A stretch of 64,000 nt of DNA, taken from NCBI GenBank assembly GCA_964016885.1, contig OZ024751.1:23312001-23376000 (forward strand). The letters run 5' to 3'. The stretch is from Eledone cirrhosa. Lineage: Eukaryota. The notes under the pieces are model-generated. The model saw only the letters and a program-made list of their open reading frames with translations, was not told the origin of the DNA and made no database searches. The position numbers and the translations under genes were made by a program. Positions 14,246 through 29,683 of this stretch are shown piece by piece. Each line of letters opens with the position of its first letter. Positions within the stretch are counted from its first letter, which is position 1.

Positions 14246-15355
14246 ATAGAGTTGAAATCATTATAATTAGATATATAGGCTGAATTATGTAGTCGTAATA
14301 GTTTATTCATAGTTATTACATACGTGTCATTGTATTATAGGCTACCTAAATCAGAAGCCATTATATAGTTGATTGGCAGTATCGGTAGAACGTCGGGCAA
14401 GATGCTTTGAGACTACGTCCATTTACATTTCTAGTCTAAATCCCGTCGCGGTTAGCCTTACCCTTTATCCTTACGGAACCAATAAAAAAGTACCAGTAAC
14501 ACACTGGAGTCGATCTAATCGAATTTCCTCCCACCAAAATTGGGCGTTTGATTATTCTAGATTGGTGCAGCTTCATACACACATACATACAAATCGAATA
14601 ACTTCCCATCTACATATTCACACACCAACACAAATACACATATTGCTGTGAATGCACACACACTCACACACACACTTCCATCGACATTTATGCATAAATA
14701 TATCAACAACATCAATTGAAACCATTAAATTACATAACTATATATTTTCCAGGTTTGCATCTCGACAGGAGTAAACACGTTGTATACACTTGGGATATAA
14801 TAATCATAAGTATCAGAAATATACAGTTATTAGTTTATTTAATGTCATTAAAAAAATAAAATACAGTTCATACATATATAGATATAGCTGGTCTCTTTCC
14901 TATACGGGGTCGCATCTCATAGGAATATTTCAAGTATTTTATTAATACGAGAACATATCCCAGTTTCCGCATGAAAAACGACTACGAATGAAACGAAATG
15001 CTTAAAAATACAATGCCCTGTCCTTTCTAGGAATGAAACTCACAACCTTATGATTGTTAATACAAAATCTTTACAATTGGGACATTACTTTCTTATATAT
15101 ATCTGAACGTTAATTAATGAAACTGCCAAATCTAATGTTGTTACGATGGTTTTTAAGGATATTCTAAGAGGAAAAATTTGGTTAAATAGACAAATATTCA
15201 GTTATGTATTTAAGTGAATCTGATTGTACAATATAGTGTGATACACATGAAGTTTTAGTGTATCGATGACAGGTTTCAGGCTTATCGTTATCCTATCGAT
15301 ATAAAAATATATAATAAAAACGAAAAACAAAACGCAACAGCAAAAACAAAGGAAA

Positions 15356-15413
<58 letters not shown>

Positions 15414-15491
15414 GCATACAAATACATACATGCACACACATACTTACATGCGCACTCATACATAAATACACACATTCATATACATACACAT

Positions 15492-15523
<32 letters not shown>

Positions 15524-15536
15524 GTATATATTTATA

Positions 15537-15587
<51 letters not shown>

Positions 15588-15710
15588 ATGTGTATGTATG
15601 TGTGTATATATGTATGAGTGCACATGTAAGTATGTGTGTGCATGTATGTATTTGTATTCATGTATGTATGTGTATGTATATATGTATGTGTATGCATGTA
15701 TATATATATG

Positions 15711-15741
<31 letters not shown>

Positions 15742-15817
15742 ACGAGAATCTATGGCTCCGTTAATTTATCTTGATATATATATGTATATTATATAAATAT
15801 ATTATATATATATATAT

Positions 15818-15859
<42 letters not shown>

Positions 15860-16678
15860 TGTCTCCGTCTCGAACGAGCTGCCGACCAGTACTCGTCCGC
15901 TTAACGCCCGCTCAACGCCCCCCCCCCCCCACACAGAGACACATACACACGTGTGTATATATATATATATATAGATAATCATACATAATCATACATAATA
16001 TATGCTTCGTTGTCATTCTGGTGGCTTTTACTTTCGTAAACATAAAAGACGGTTACAATACGATACGTGCATTGCATATTCAACAAACATGATTAATTCG
16101 AAAGCAGTATCAGCTTTTATAACATAATCAGAACATAAAAGCCAACAGTAAAAGCGATTTTATTATATTTGCCAGCAGAAAGAAGAACGTTTGAACAGAA
16201 ATATTTGCTTACTTTATAAATTTATATTCTCAAAAAAATATTGTAACTGGATTTCAACGTGGTATTCTCTTATTTTAACAATTTTATCCTGTTGATTTTT
16301 AGTTACCTCCTATTTTTTTTGGGGGGGGGGGGGCAGTGTTAAGGGATGGGGGTAGGTTTTATTTTCATTATTTTATGCTGGAATAGTTTTAAATCAGCAT
16401 GAGTTTTTTTTATTATCACGTTGTATGAAATGATTATATTTTCTTCTTTTCTAAAGTATTTTTCACGTTTTCAACATATTAATATTGATGAATGTAAAAG
16501 ATAAATCATGTAAAATTATCAATAAAAAAGAACTAAATTTAAATATTGAATCCGTTTCTTTAGAACAAAAGAGTTGATTTTTGCATGAATTCAAAATGTC
16601 AAAAAATGAATCCATCAATAAGAAATATTTGAATTTTTTAAGTTAATTCAATTGTGGTTCTTATATATACTTACGAAG

Positions 16679-16718
<40 letters not shown>

Positions 16719-16720
16719 TG

Positions 16721-16762
<42 letters not shown>

Positions 16763-16766
16763 AATG

Positions 16767-16860
<94 letters not shown>

Positions 16861-16895
16861 AGTAAGTTTGTTTTGAAACAGCGAGTGAGTTTGAT

Positions 16896-16927
<32 letters not shown>

Positions 16928-17520
16928 GTACATATATAATCTGCTATGTTTAATCAGATATCATCATGAATCAATGTGTACCGACGAATGTATATGCTAA
17001 GTTGCCACACGTATTTCCAGAATGACTGGAACAAGTAAAAGAGTAAAAGATATATGCATACACACATGCTCACACATATACACACACACATACACACACA
17101 CATACGAGTAAAAACGACACAAATAGAGCTACAAAAAAGTGGAAAGGGGACGGACAGTTGTATGAAGTGTGATAAAATATTTAAAAAAAAAAAGCCGTGT
17201 GGTGAAGAAACTATATGTATAAAAACATAGACCTACCAAACACACGTGTACAACGCAATTAATTACGCCGAATGAAAAAAAGGCTGGGATTTTATGTTTT
17301 GGTTTAAACCCTTTTATTGAAGCAGTTACTCATTATATTGGGATTAACGCCCCAAACCTCTAGAAATCCCTTGATTTCAAATAATCTTTTAATGATATTT
17401 TGCATTGAAAGAATCGCAGCAGGTTCCGAAAACACCCAGATTATACGAAAAACGAAGCACGCACATATATTCCGCCTCAACACAAAGAAAATACCGACAC
17501 CACCACCAAAAGATGTCAGA

Positions 17521-18250
17521 ATAAATGTTTCTACTTTAGGCACAAGGCCACCAATTTTTTAAGGGGAAAGGAAAGTTGATTGAATCGACTCCAGTGCTTT
17601 ACTGGTACTTTATTTTACCGACCCCATGAAGATAAAAGGCAAAGTTAACATCGGCGGGATTTGAACTCAGACTGTAAAGGGACGTAACTATGCTAGAAAG
17701 CATGGCGTCCAACCCTCTACCAATACTGCCAATTCACCGTCTTTTCATTAATAATTGTTTCTATTTTAGGCACAAGGCCAGCAATTAACCAGTACATTAC
17801 TGGTACTTTATTTTATCGACCCCGTAAGGATGAAAGGCAAAGTTAACCTCGGCGGGATTTGAACTCAGACTGTAAAGGGACGTAACTATGCTAGAAAGCA
17901 TGGCATCCGACCCTCTACCGATACTGGCAATTCACCGTCTCTTCATTAATAATGATTTCTGATTTAGGCACAAAGTTTTGGGGGAGGGAAAGTCGATTAA
18001 ATCGAACCCAGTGTGATACTGGGACATTTTTTATCGACCCCGTAAGGATGGATTTGAAATCAGAACGTAAAGAGCCGAAACCATATGCCGCTAAGCATGT
18101 TCGACGCTCTACCATCGATCCACCTCCCTACTACAACAAATGACAGTTGTTTCTACTTTTCGCACAAGGCCAACAATTTGAAGGAAAGGGTAGAGTCGAT
18201 TAACTCGAACCCAGTGCGTTACTGGTATTTTATTTTATCGACCCCGTAAG
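17521..18250 (-). mobile_element. Cluster of about 4 tandem main-family SINEs
   Basis: Repeated ggcacaaggcc...actggtactttatttta...ggatttgaactcag...ctctacc. Confidence 0.9.
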
Positions 18251-18889
18251 TAATATTCATGCCACCCATGTATGAGAAAAAGGTCAAGTGACAGCAATTC
18301 TCGAAACCGAGATGCAGGCTGTATGTATGTATGTATGTATGTATGTATGTATGTATGTATGTATGTATGTATGTATGTATGTATGTATGTATGTATGTAT
18401 GTATGTATGAGAGTGGGATTGGCTCAGTGCACAGTCTTTCCTCACTTTAAAAAATATCTTCACGCAAGGCATTGCACGATAGAATTAATTAATAATTATT
18501 AATAATGGTATATCGTCCAATTGCCATACTCAATAACGAGGGGACAGCCATTATACACACATGTGTAGATGCGTTAATCAGTGTCAGAATATATAGGTAA
18601 AGGTAAATGAAAATAATATAAATATGATACGAAGAAGGAAACAACAAAATCTGAGAGGATTCTTGAAAAAATAAGATATATTTCCTGTAGGTAATATCTC
18701 GTAGAAATCTTATATATGACGTTAAGCAAACCTAATCTTTATTTGAGGACAATAATAATTGGATTAGAGAACGTTGAACGTGCTGTCATCATATAAAATA
18801 ACCGTTGGCTGATTCAGGAAAAATGTAAAATATAAATACGAAAGCAGATCCTGGAAAGATAGGCAGATGTCAAGAAATATAATAGTCTC

Positions 18890-19330
18890 CGAGGGCGGGG
18901 AAAGTCGATTTATCGACCCAGTTATGATGAAAGGCAACGTTAATCTCGTCGGAATTTGAACTCAGAACGTAAAGGGACGTAACGCCATGCTGCGTAATAT
19001 ACTCTTTACGTATACATAAGCTTTTAGGGACATTTCACTTAACCAGACTGACATTGTTAGTCTAGCATGGAAGGGATACGTTTACTTCTATTTAGTTTTG
19101 GTAGACTAAATAATTGTTTCTAATTTTAAGCACAAAGTCGACAATTTGTGGAGGAGGGGAAAATCAATTAAATCAGCTTCAGTATTTGGCTGGTAAATTA
19201 TTTTATCGACCCAGTGAGGATGAAAAGCAAAGTTGATCTCAGCAGGATTTGAACTCATATCGTGTAAACTCGGAACAAATGCCGCAAAGCATTTTGCCCG
19301 ACACGTTAACAGTCTGCCAATGCACCGTCC
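18890..19330 (-). mobile_element. Two degenerate main-family SINEs
   Basis: ggatgaaaagcaaagttgatctc and atttgaactca motifs. Confidence 0.7.
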
Positions 19331-19876
19331 TTGGAAAAGTAATTTACACACACTACCACCCATTTCTTTTTTTGGGGTGGGTGAGAAGTTTGGGTGGTCA
19401 ATGAAATAAAAAAACAATATTATATTTTATCGACACCGGAAAGTACACAAGCCAAAGTTGAAGTCTGCTCAATTTGAAATCAGAATGGAAAGTCTCTGGG
19501 TGAAAAAAAGGCTTCAAAATATTTTATCTGCCGCTCTGACGTTTTCTCAACCCTCCGCTTTCACCATCTGTCATAATATTTACCATTGATATATTGGGGT
19601 CTATTCTACTGATCATTCACGCCTACAAACTTTGACGTCATTAGTAAGTTAGAAACAAATTTTACTTTCATGTATTTTCCATGTTGAATTAAAACCTGTC
19701 AGTACACGAGAAACTAAACATGATGTTTATTGAAAATAATGAAAGTGATTTGAAATTTTTTAATATATATTTTTATCTTTTTAATGTATTATTTATGTGT
19801 GGTGTGGCCCCCAAGCCGGTATATTTAAAACCAATTTAAAAATATTTTATTACATTCATATGATTAATGTGTTGCT

Positions 19877-19909
<33 letters not shown>

Positions 19910-20231
19910 TTTTTATAGTTATTTTACATCAGTTTTAGCACCGGTTTTGTTGCTGTAAGAGTCATTGCTTTCATTAGATCTCTTAAGCTATTATTTACAG
20001 TGTTGTTGCTGCCTGTTGTTTAAATTATGATTTATCGCAGTTGTATATATTTCATTATATATTTCATTTTCCTGTGTTTTAAAACATACCCTCTCTCTCC
20101 ATTCTCTCTTTCAATTTTGCTTCCATTAGTTTTCTATTTACGATGTTCGTTTGAACTACATTCATACAAATATCTTTATTGTTTTCTGTCATAACGTTTA
20201 AATATACTCACTCGTTGCTATTAATAATAAT

Positions 20232-20416
20232 TGTTTCTACTTTTGGCACAAGGCCAGAAATTACCCAGTGCATTACTGGTACTTTCTTTTATCGATCCCG
20301 TAAGGTTGAAAGGCAAAGTTAACCTCGACGGCATTTGAACTCAGACTGTAAAGGGACGTAACTGTGCTAGAAAGCATGGCGTCCAACCTCTACCGATACT
20401 GCCAATTCACCGCCCT
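20232..20416 (-). mobile_element. Main-family SINE with target-site duplication
   Basis: Flanked by ttgctattaataataat on both sides. Confidence 0.9.
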
Positions 20417-20481
20417 ATTGCTATTAATAATAATACGCTTTATTTGTGCCGTGGCTCTTTAACTTCATCTAGTCTGCCAAT

Positions 20482-20928
20482 GGCGGGAGCATGGCACAGT
20501 CGTTAGAGCGTCGGACAAATGCTCAGCAGAATTTTTGCGGCTCTCTATGATGTGAGTTCAAATCATGCTGATATCAACTTTGCATTTCATCCTTCAGGGT
20601 TCGATATACTAATGGTTTCTTATATAGGCACAAGACCAGCAATTTTGGGGGGAGGGGAATGTCGATTAATCGACCCCAGTGCATTACTGATGCTTTATTT
20701 TATCAACCTCGTAAGGATGAATGAAAAGTTAACCTCGGCGGGATTTGAACTAAGACCGCAAAGGGACGTAACTCTAAGCTGCAAAGCATGGCGTCCGACT
20801 CTCTACCGATACTGCCAATCGACCGCCATTAGGGTTCGATATAATAATGTACCAATATAGAACTGGGGTCAACTTAATTGACTTCCCCTGGCCTCAAATT
20901 ATTGACGTTGCGTCTAAATTATAAACAA
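20482..20928. mobile_element. Nested SINEs: young minus-strand copy inside an older plus-strand copy
   Basis: 13-bp TSD agggttcgatata at 20596-20608 and 20831-20843. Confidence 0.88.
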
Positions 20929-22035
20929 TATTATGAGCGGTGGTATGTGATGATAGAAACGTTTAACGAGTGGATTAAAGGGTTTGTGGGACTTAAGTTA
21001 CATCACTTTACGATCTAAGTTTTACAACTGTTAACGTTATCGTTCATCCTTCCCCGAGACATTATAAAACATAGAACAGCTAAATGTAAGTCCGATTGCG
21101 AAACGAACCACTTAACCACACAGCTATATTTGCGCATGATGGTTACTTATTTTCTATTGATGACTGATATGGTCGTCAAAACGGTTAAAAGAAAATGAAA
21201 TCTTAGACAGATCAATTGGTTTCTTAGTCGAAAACTTCCCAGTGAAAGACTTAGGAGACGCTAATGACATTAAAATGAAAAAACATTGTTTTGAAAAAAT
21301 ACAAAAATAACATAAATATGAGGAAGAAAATGAATAAATCACAGCAGAAAAGATTAAAAAAAAAAAGATTTATTTGTAATATGTGGTAAAAAGTTTATAT
21401 GAAAATTCACAAAAAGAACCAATAAAAGCCGAATCCACTGATTCGTCTTTTATTTGTAATTTGTGTGTATTTGGTGTATTTGGTGTATTTTGAAAATTAT
21501 TTTGAATGAATAGCTGAAGATTTTCAGCCTTTCTGAAGGGTTAACATTATCAAATTAATATGTAAAATCAGCTTGGCGGGTGTCAAACTATAAACCAATT
21601 AACAGTGGAGTAATTAATTAGATGTTGCTCAAACTGGTTGAAAAAAATACGATTTTTAGATATTCCTCCACCACCATAAAATAATGTGAGAACGGTATTA
21701 CTATAGTCCTTCCTCATCTATCTTTCTCCTTCTCCTGTCACAACCAGCTTCTACCCTCTTCTACACGACGACGACAACCATTTTTTATCACGTCCTTCTC
21801 CTCTTATTCCGGTACTATCGCCACCACTATCTCTTCTCTTCTTTCTATTCATGTCTCGAATGCTTCTCTTCCTTCTCTTTCTTCCCTCGTCTCCTCTTCC
21901 ACGAACTCCCTCTGTTTTATCTTTTTTTTTTTTTTTACTCCTATTTCAATTATTACACATTTTTGTTGTTGCTCTTGTTTCTTGCTCGTCAATGTCATTG
22001 GTACGTGTCACAATAGTGGTATTATTATTATTATT

Positions 22036-22585
22036 GTTCTTTGAGTCTCAGTCATTGATGTTATTTAACTGGAAAGTTTGTTGAAATGAATATCAAGCCA
22101 CTACCTGCAGCCTCAGATATTCAGGACGCATCGGAGGGTTCTTGCTGTTCCCAGTAAGCATTCAGGACGTATCGCAGGGTTCTTGCTGTTCCCAGCAAGC
22201 ATGCCTTTTGAAGTGTTCCAAAAAGCGGGGCTGGACTAATCTTCTTTAACCATCCTTGGACACTCTTTGAGATAGTACCTAGTGCTCCTATGACAATCGG
22301 GACGACCTTCATCTCATGACAGTCCCAAATCCTTTTTAACTCCCACTTTAAATCCAGGTATCAGTTAATGTTCTCCCTCTCCTTTTCTTGCACTCTCATG
22401 TCAAATGGGCTGGCTACATCTACAATCAGGCACCATCTGTTTTCCTTGTCCCAAACCACCAGGTCAGGCCTATTGTGTTCTAATTTCTTGTCCGTCTGTA
22501 TCCTAAAATCCCACAGCACCTTCACCTGATCGTTTTCTATCACCGACTCTGGTTTATGCTCATACCACTTCTCAGAATGTGGTAA

Positions 22586-22586
<1 letters not shown>
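22036..22586 (-). mobile_element. 5'-truncated R4/Dong-clade non-LTR retrotransposon (restriction-like endonuclease region), pseudogenised
   Basis: KWYEHKPESVIENDQVKVLWDFRIQTDKKLEHNRPDLVV...IVDVASP...N*YLDLKWELKRIW...VVPIVIGALG...LQKACLLGTARTLR. Flanked by (TAA)n on both sides. Confidence 0.92.
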
Positions 22587-22671
<85 letters not shown>

Positions 22672-22823
22672 AGTTGCATTTCTCTTGCTTTATGTTCATG
22701 CGAGTTATCACCAAGTCACAACCAGTGACCTCAAGAGACAACAAGGTCCGCCATGTTCAAGAAAGAACACACATACACACACATGCATCCTTAGGTGTTT
22801 AGACTTGTGATGTACTTATATTG

Positions 22824-22868
<45 letters not shown>

Positions 22869-22869
22869 G

Positions 22870-23088
22870 AGGGTGGTGGACTGGCAGTATCGGTAGAGGG
22901 TCGGACGCCATGCTTTACAGCATAGAGTTACGGCTCTTTATGATCTGAGTTCAAATCCCGCCGAGGTTAGCTTTGCCTTTCATCCTTACGGGGGGTCGAT
23001 AAAATAAAGTACCAGTAATGCACTGGGGTCGATTTAATCAAATTTCCCTCCCCCAAAATTGCTGGCCTTGTGCCTATAGTAGAAATTA
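22870..23088 (+). mobile_element. Full-length main-family SINE
   Basis: A and B boxes, core and 3' end all present, between ATT repeats. Confidence 0.92.
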
Positions 23089-23401
23089 TTATCATTATTA
23101 TTATTATTTTTTTGAAAGGTAGCAATCAATTCACACACTGCTGCTGTTGATGACAGTATTATCGGCACATAGTGTGAAAGTTTGACTTCCACATTATTAT
23201 CTCTATGCAACAGTTCTAAAGTCTGTCGATAAAAACGAAGAAAACCCACGTCAAATTCCACCATATATGATCTCCAGGGTGAGTACTAGTTTCTAGTATT
23301 TTATATTTTCGAAAACACAAAGAATAAAATGTTTCTTTGATTTATTTTTGTTATGACAGTAAAAGCCAATACGCTGGAAGCGTCTAGTCTGTATTATTCA
23401 A

Positions 23402-23950
23402 ATAATTGTTTCTACTTTTTGGCACAAGGCCAGCAAAATTATCCAGTGCATTACTGGTACTTTATTTTACCGACCCCGTAAAGATGAAAGGCAAAGTTAA
23501 CCTCGGCGGGATTTGAACTCAGAATGGCAAGGGCGGTAACTCTATGCGTCAAAGCATGGCGTCCGACTCTCTACCGATACTGCCAATCCTCAAATAATTG
23601 TTTCTACTTTTGGCACAAGGTCAGCAATTATCCCAGTGCATTACTGGTACTTTATGTTATCGACCCCGTAAGGATGAAAGGCAAAGTTAACCTCGGCGGG
23701 ATTTGAACTCAGAATGGCAAGGGCCATAATGATAGCAAACCACTTCAATAATAATGCTTTCTGATTTAGGCACAAGGCCAGCAATTTGGAGAGGGGAAAA
23801 TCTATTAAATCGACCCCAGTACGTTAATGTTACTTTATTCCATCGACCTCGCAAGGATGAAAGGCAAAGTTAACCTCGCGGGATTTGAACAAGAATCACA
23901 AAGGGTCGTAACTCTCTATCACAAAGCATGGTGTCTGACGCTTTACCGAT
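23402..23950 (-). mobile_element. Three tandem main-family SINEs
   Basis: Consensus repeated three times. Confidence 0.9.
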
Positions 23951-24079
23951 AATAATAATAATACTGGTTGTATTGCAGTAATGCTAGTAGCGGTTTCTAA
24001 TTTCAGGAATTGCTCGTCGTTATAAAGCGTGTCGCGAATATACCACAATTAGTTTCCTCCTCCTCTTCTTCAGTGTTTA

Positions 24080-24252
24080 GGGGTAGTGTCATCAGATACA
24101 TCTTTCAGAAGGTCATATCAGAAGTATCCATCTCCAAATGGCCCGGTTGGATCACCAAACAAGACCCATCGAACTCATGGATGTTATCCAGTCATTTGGT
24201 CGTGGTCTACCTCTTTCATTTCCTGCCAGTTGGGTTCACTCGTAAAAATGGT
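24080..24252 (-). pseudogene. Degenerate RTE 3' fragment
   Basis: Minus strand gives LRVNPTGRK...GRPRP, homologous to 13925-14245. Confidence 0.6.
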
Positions 24253-25436
24253 AATAATGGCTGCATAATTGGTTTTGAAACATAAATTGAACTATAGAAA
24301 TCAGAATCTAGACGAGGTGTTGCCTGTGCTCTAAAATGTTCAAATATATCAGCGCCAACTATTAAAACGCAGCACCAAATGTATATTTTTTCTTTATTGA
24401 AAGTATTTTATTTAAGAATATGTTGAAAAATCTTCCAGGAAAAATTCCCATTTAACTAAAATCTTTCCCCTCATACTTTTTAAAATAATCTTTCTGTTTT
24501 ACAGGGAATAAAACGAAATGACATTAAGAATATGATGTAAACATTTATTAAGGGATGAAGGGCAAAATGTCCCCCACTGATAGAAGTGTTTTAACATTTT
24601 CAAGTAGTCGTAATCAGAAAATTTCGTTTGAAAATATTTGGTTTAATTTTCAGGAGTGTCTTTTACCCCTTGTTCCATTTTCTGTACCAAATGATATTTT
24701 GTAATAAAACAAAAACTGACGTTAAGGCTTACAAAATAACAAATATCAAACCTAGGACAAGAGAAAAATATATAAAATTAATAGATATTTTAATTTATAC
24801 TGTTTTTTTCTTTTTTTTTTAAGAAAAATATTTTAGAAATATATTATTACTTATGTGATTTTTATTTTCAGAACAACTTAAGGAGTGGTTAGTAGTAATG
24901 TCAAATTAACTTCATTAATGTCAGTCTTTCACTCTCACGAGAAGATTTTCAAATTGACTAAAAGCAATAAAACTTTCCCAAGACAGAACTAACAAGAAGG
25001 AGTATGATTCAGTAAAAAAAAAAAAAAATAGAAACAAAAAGAAACAAAATAAAACAAGCACAAACAGAAACTTTTCAAGGAGTATCATGTCACAGCTAGC
25101 ATCCTTTCAGGGGTGGTGGATTAGTGCAATTGTTAGAGTCGGATTGTATTAATTTATGGTAGGCAGTATCAGTAGAATGTCAGACATCATGTTTTGCAGC
25201 ATAGAGTTATGGCCCTTTGCGTTCAGAATTTAAATCCCCCCGAGGTTAACTTTGCTTTTCATCCTTACGGAGTTGATAAAATAAAGCACCAGTTATGCAC
25301 TGGGGTAATTGCTGGCTTTGTGCCGAAAGTAGAAACAATTAATTTATGTTAACACTTCCAGCACTGGTCTGAGCCATCTGAGCTTAAATCCTATTGTGGT
25401 CAACTTTGCTTTTCATCAATTCAATGTCAAGAAATA

Positions 25437-25525
25437 CCGTATTTCCCGGCGTCGAAGACGCTACTTTTTTCCAGAAATAAGTTTCAAAAATCTGCCATAC
25501 GTCCTAGAGGCTGAATATTGATATA
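25437..25525 (+). mobile_element. pogo/Tigger-like DNA transposon end
   Basis: TA|CCGTATTTCCCGGCGTCGAAGACG terminus. Partner end not found. Confidence 0.5.
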
Positions 25526-25685
25526 TGCTGCTTCATAAATTTATTTTTATTATCCATTATAATACACATACATATAAATGTATATATATTATATCATATT
25601 ATATACATATATAGCTTTGCAAATATCAATATCATCATTATAATACACATACTTACATACATATATATATTATATATATATTAGA

Positions 25686-25728
<43 letters not shown>

Positions 25729-25935
25729 TTTGCGAGTGTAAACTCGGCCGAAGAAGATATATATATATATATATATACATGTATATATTTATTAATATAC
25801 ATATATATATTAATAAACATATCTATATTAATATACATATATCTATATTAATATACATTATATATATATTAATATACATATCTATATTAATATACATATA
25901 TCTATATTAATAAACATATATATATATTAATATCC

Positions 25936-26005
<70 letters not shown>

Positions 26006-26455
26006 TATACTTTGCAAGTATCAATCATAATTACGTATTATAATGGATATTTTTCTCCCATCTTAACATATATTTGATATGAAATAAATATATCATGTAT
26101 AATTTACCACTGGTCTTTCTATCTATTCTTGTATATTCTTCTTATTCATACACGTATATCGGTATGTATATGATTGATGAGAGACTCTGGTTCCGTCTCT
26201 TTAAAAACTGTTTTCGCGAGTCTTGCTCTCTGATAGACAGTTTGCATGTTCACATCTATTATACACTTAAGATGCGTTTGGGATTTCTTATGGCTTTAAA
26301 ATATAGTATTTACTACTGGATAATCTGCTATTGTTTATGCGCATTGAATACAATTTTGTACAGTGGCAATGATACGAATATCATTAAAAACACACAAAAA
26401 AAAAAAAAAATGCAAAAAATGGGTTCTCCATCGATTTCAACGATGATATTTTCGG

Positions 26456-26488
<33 letters not shown>

Positions 26489-27063
26489 GACAAACTAATC
26501 ATTGAATTATATTGCACACTTAACGTAATTCTTAAGGGAATTCAATGGGACCTAATATATGACAAGGTAGGCTTTTTGAATTATAGGTACAACTCATTTT
26601 TGTTGCCAGCTGAGTAGACTGGAGCAAAGTGAAACTAAGTGTCTTGTTCAAGGGGACAAAACACCGCTCTGTCCCAGAAACTAACTCAGACCTTCATCTG
26701 AACATCTGATGGAACTTCTCTGACTTTCACTTCTGAGTGTTAAATATCTAAAATATTACCATATTCTCTCTTGTTTCCCTTACTGGGTTTTTTTGTTGTT
26801 GTCACTTTGTCCGTTCAAAATATATATGTATGTACATACATGCATATATACTTACACATATAATACATATATAATCAATATATAATGACTCTTTCTCTCT
26901 CTCTTTATACATATATATGACTGACTCTCTCTCTCATTATATATATATATATACATAAGCATGTATGTATATTATATATACACACATGCACACGCACACA
27001 CACAAATATGCATAGATATATGCATATACGCATACATCTATATATATATATATATTTACACAC

Positions 27064-27129
<66 letters not shown>

Positions 27130-27144
27130 GTATATATATATGTA

Positions 27145-27220
<76 letters not shown>

Positions 27221-27223
<3 letters not shown>

Positions 27224-27423
27224 CGAAGGAAATGTGGTAAGGAACCAGGTGGACCATAACGCACCAAAGTACTCAATACTTGATGTAGTAGAGTGGGTAA
27301 TAGGAACCAGTAAGACCCCGACAGCTGAGCTCAAGCCGTTTCGACGGCTAATTCTGGACTGAATTAGAGTCCAGAATTAGCCGTCGAAACGGCTTGAGCT
27401 CAGCTGTCGGGGTCTTACTGGTT

Positions 27424-27428
<5 letters not shown>
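27221..27428 (-). mobile_element. TAACGAAGG-family tail plus hairpin element
   Basis: Perfect arms around the centre tctggact-gaattag-agtccaga. Confidence 0.9.
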
Positions 27429-27482
<54 letters not shown>

Positions 27483-27577
27483 ATAATAATAAATTTGAAG
27501 ACTATATATATATATAGTGTCTTCACATACAAAATATTTTCAAAGTTATTGTTCAGAGATAACTAATAGTTACTCAC

Positions 27578-27649
27578 CTTCTGAGGCAGTTTCCATGACT
27601 TGCAAATAAAGTGGGTGTTCAACCGTTCCATTAAAAAACTGAGCACACC
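27578..27649 (-). CDS. Coding exon (72 nt, phase 1-1) of a cadherin-related gene: CAQFFNGTVEHPLYLQVMETASE(G)
   Basis: Minus strand reads atgttttcag|GGTGTG...TCAGAAG|gtgagt. The frame is open, and LQVMETASEG matches the cadherin-repeat start VxExxxxG. Confidence 0.8.
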
Positions 27650-27891
27650 CTGAAAACATATTTCAATGAAAATTACATCAAAAGCTTGAATAAGAAGTCA
27701 TACAACATCAAAACATCACAAAACTTCTTTCAAACAGCAAATACACACACGCACACGCGCACGGTCGCGCGCACACTTACACACACTTGCTTATGTATAC
27801 ATATTTATGTAACATGTATGTATGTATGCATATATGAAGAAGTAAATTCAAATGAGGGCCTTAAACTGTAGTGTTATATATGTATATATAT

Positions 27892-28254
<363 letters not shown>

Positions 28255-28261
28255 CGTAAAA

Positions 28262-28337
28262 TCCCTGACGACGGAATGCTTCTCGGTATCTTCTTCGGAA
28301 AATATATTTATTCCATTCCAGAAACTAATTAGTTGGA
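28262..28337 (+). ncRNA. Type I hammerhead ribozyme (family D) with long helix II insert
   Basis: tcc CTGACGA c ggaatg...cattcc a GAAA CTAATTAG TT gga. Short inverted arm gagacgtaaaat / attttacgtctc flanks it. Confidence 0.72.
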
Positions 28338-28506
28338 AGTGATATTTTAGTAAGTAAGTTAATTTTATAATTTTCTTATTTTACGTCTCTCATATTATTG
28401 TTCTGCAACCCCATGCATTGAACCACAAAGTTACTAAGACAAAACCTATATAATTGCTAGCATTGATATGCATCTGTATGTATATATATGTTACTAGATA
28501 TTAATT

Positions 28507-28541
<35 letters not shown>

Positions 28542-28679
28542 TATTAGCCTGTTACCGGTATTACAAAAGACTCAATGCAAATTTTCAAGTGTTTTACAGA
28601 GCCGAGATACAAAGTGTTAAAACGATCAAATTTTAGTTTAGAATATTTATTTGCTGACAATTGTTTCTTCCCTCTGGAA

Positions 28680-28729
<50 letters not shown>

Positions 28730-29683
28730 TTGCGAGTATTGATAGAATGCTTCGCTGTCTGTGCTCTGATATTAAATCTTGTCGAGGTTAACTATGCCGT
28801 TAATCCTTTCGAGACCTATTCTTCCTCTCTATCTTTTTCTAACCCCATCTCTCTCTCTCATTCCTTCGCCATAAACACGTCGTATATCACTACACAACTT
28901 GTAGGATCTAATTATATATATATAATAAACTTTCCATTATGATTCTATGTCAGTATCTTTGTTCCAAACAGCTTAATAATGAAAACAAGTCAGTTATTAT
29001 TTTTAATAAATCTCTCCAAATTCTGGATTATTTTTCCAATATTATTTGAAAAAGCAAAATAAAAACATAATAGATATGGTAACGAAAGATGGATAAGATA
29101 TAAAAGGAATACTCGATCATTTACGCTGTGTTGAAGATATAGTGCTCTTCTGAAATGATGCTCAGAAACTGGAACAAATGTTAAATGAACGGAACAGCAA
29201 ACGCAACAAGTTAGAACTAATAATAGATATAAATAAAACACGAGTCACGTTCCGCAGCTACGCAACAAGTAAATTGATCAAAGCCGGTTATTGTGATACT
29301 TCATTAACAATAATATTACGATAATATTACAATAATAACTGACAAATATATTAAATTTGGACAGCTGGTAAACATAGAGGAAATACAGAGATGAATTTAT
29401 ACTGAATGATTTGTTATTGGTACGTTAAAGGACATCCTTTAAAGTAAGGTGTCCACCGGGGCTGTGGGTGGGCCCCATCACGTACCGTTTTAGTTGTTGT
29501 AGTATAACTAGTTCAGATCTATCTGTCGAAACAGCCGTAGCTCAGCCGTCGGGGTCCTGACTCTTTTCCTATGACCCACTCTACTACTCTAAGTATCGAG
29601 TACTCTGGTGCGTTATGACACACAGCTTGAAGCGCTATGTCAATGACTTATGGTTGATGACTAAAAGCATAAAACAGACACTT

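Noticed and set aside
21154-21265. GKFSTKKPIDL resembles a cadherin motif on the minus strand
   Set aside because: No credible donor site, the frame ends in a stop, and the 4683-4819 exon already supplies this region.
28990-29241. Signal-peptide-like ORF upstream of the first exon
   Set aside because: No ATG, an in-frame stop just upstream and no suitable phase-1 donor.
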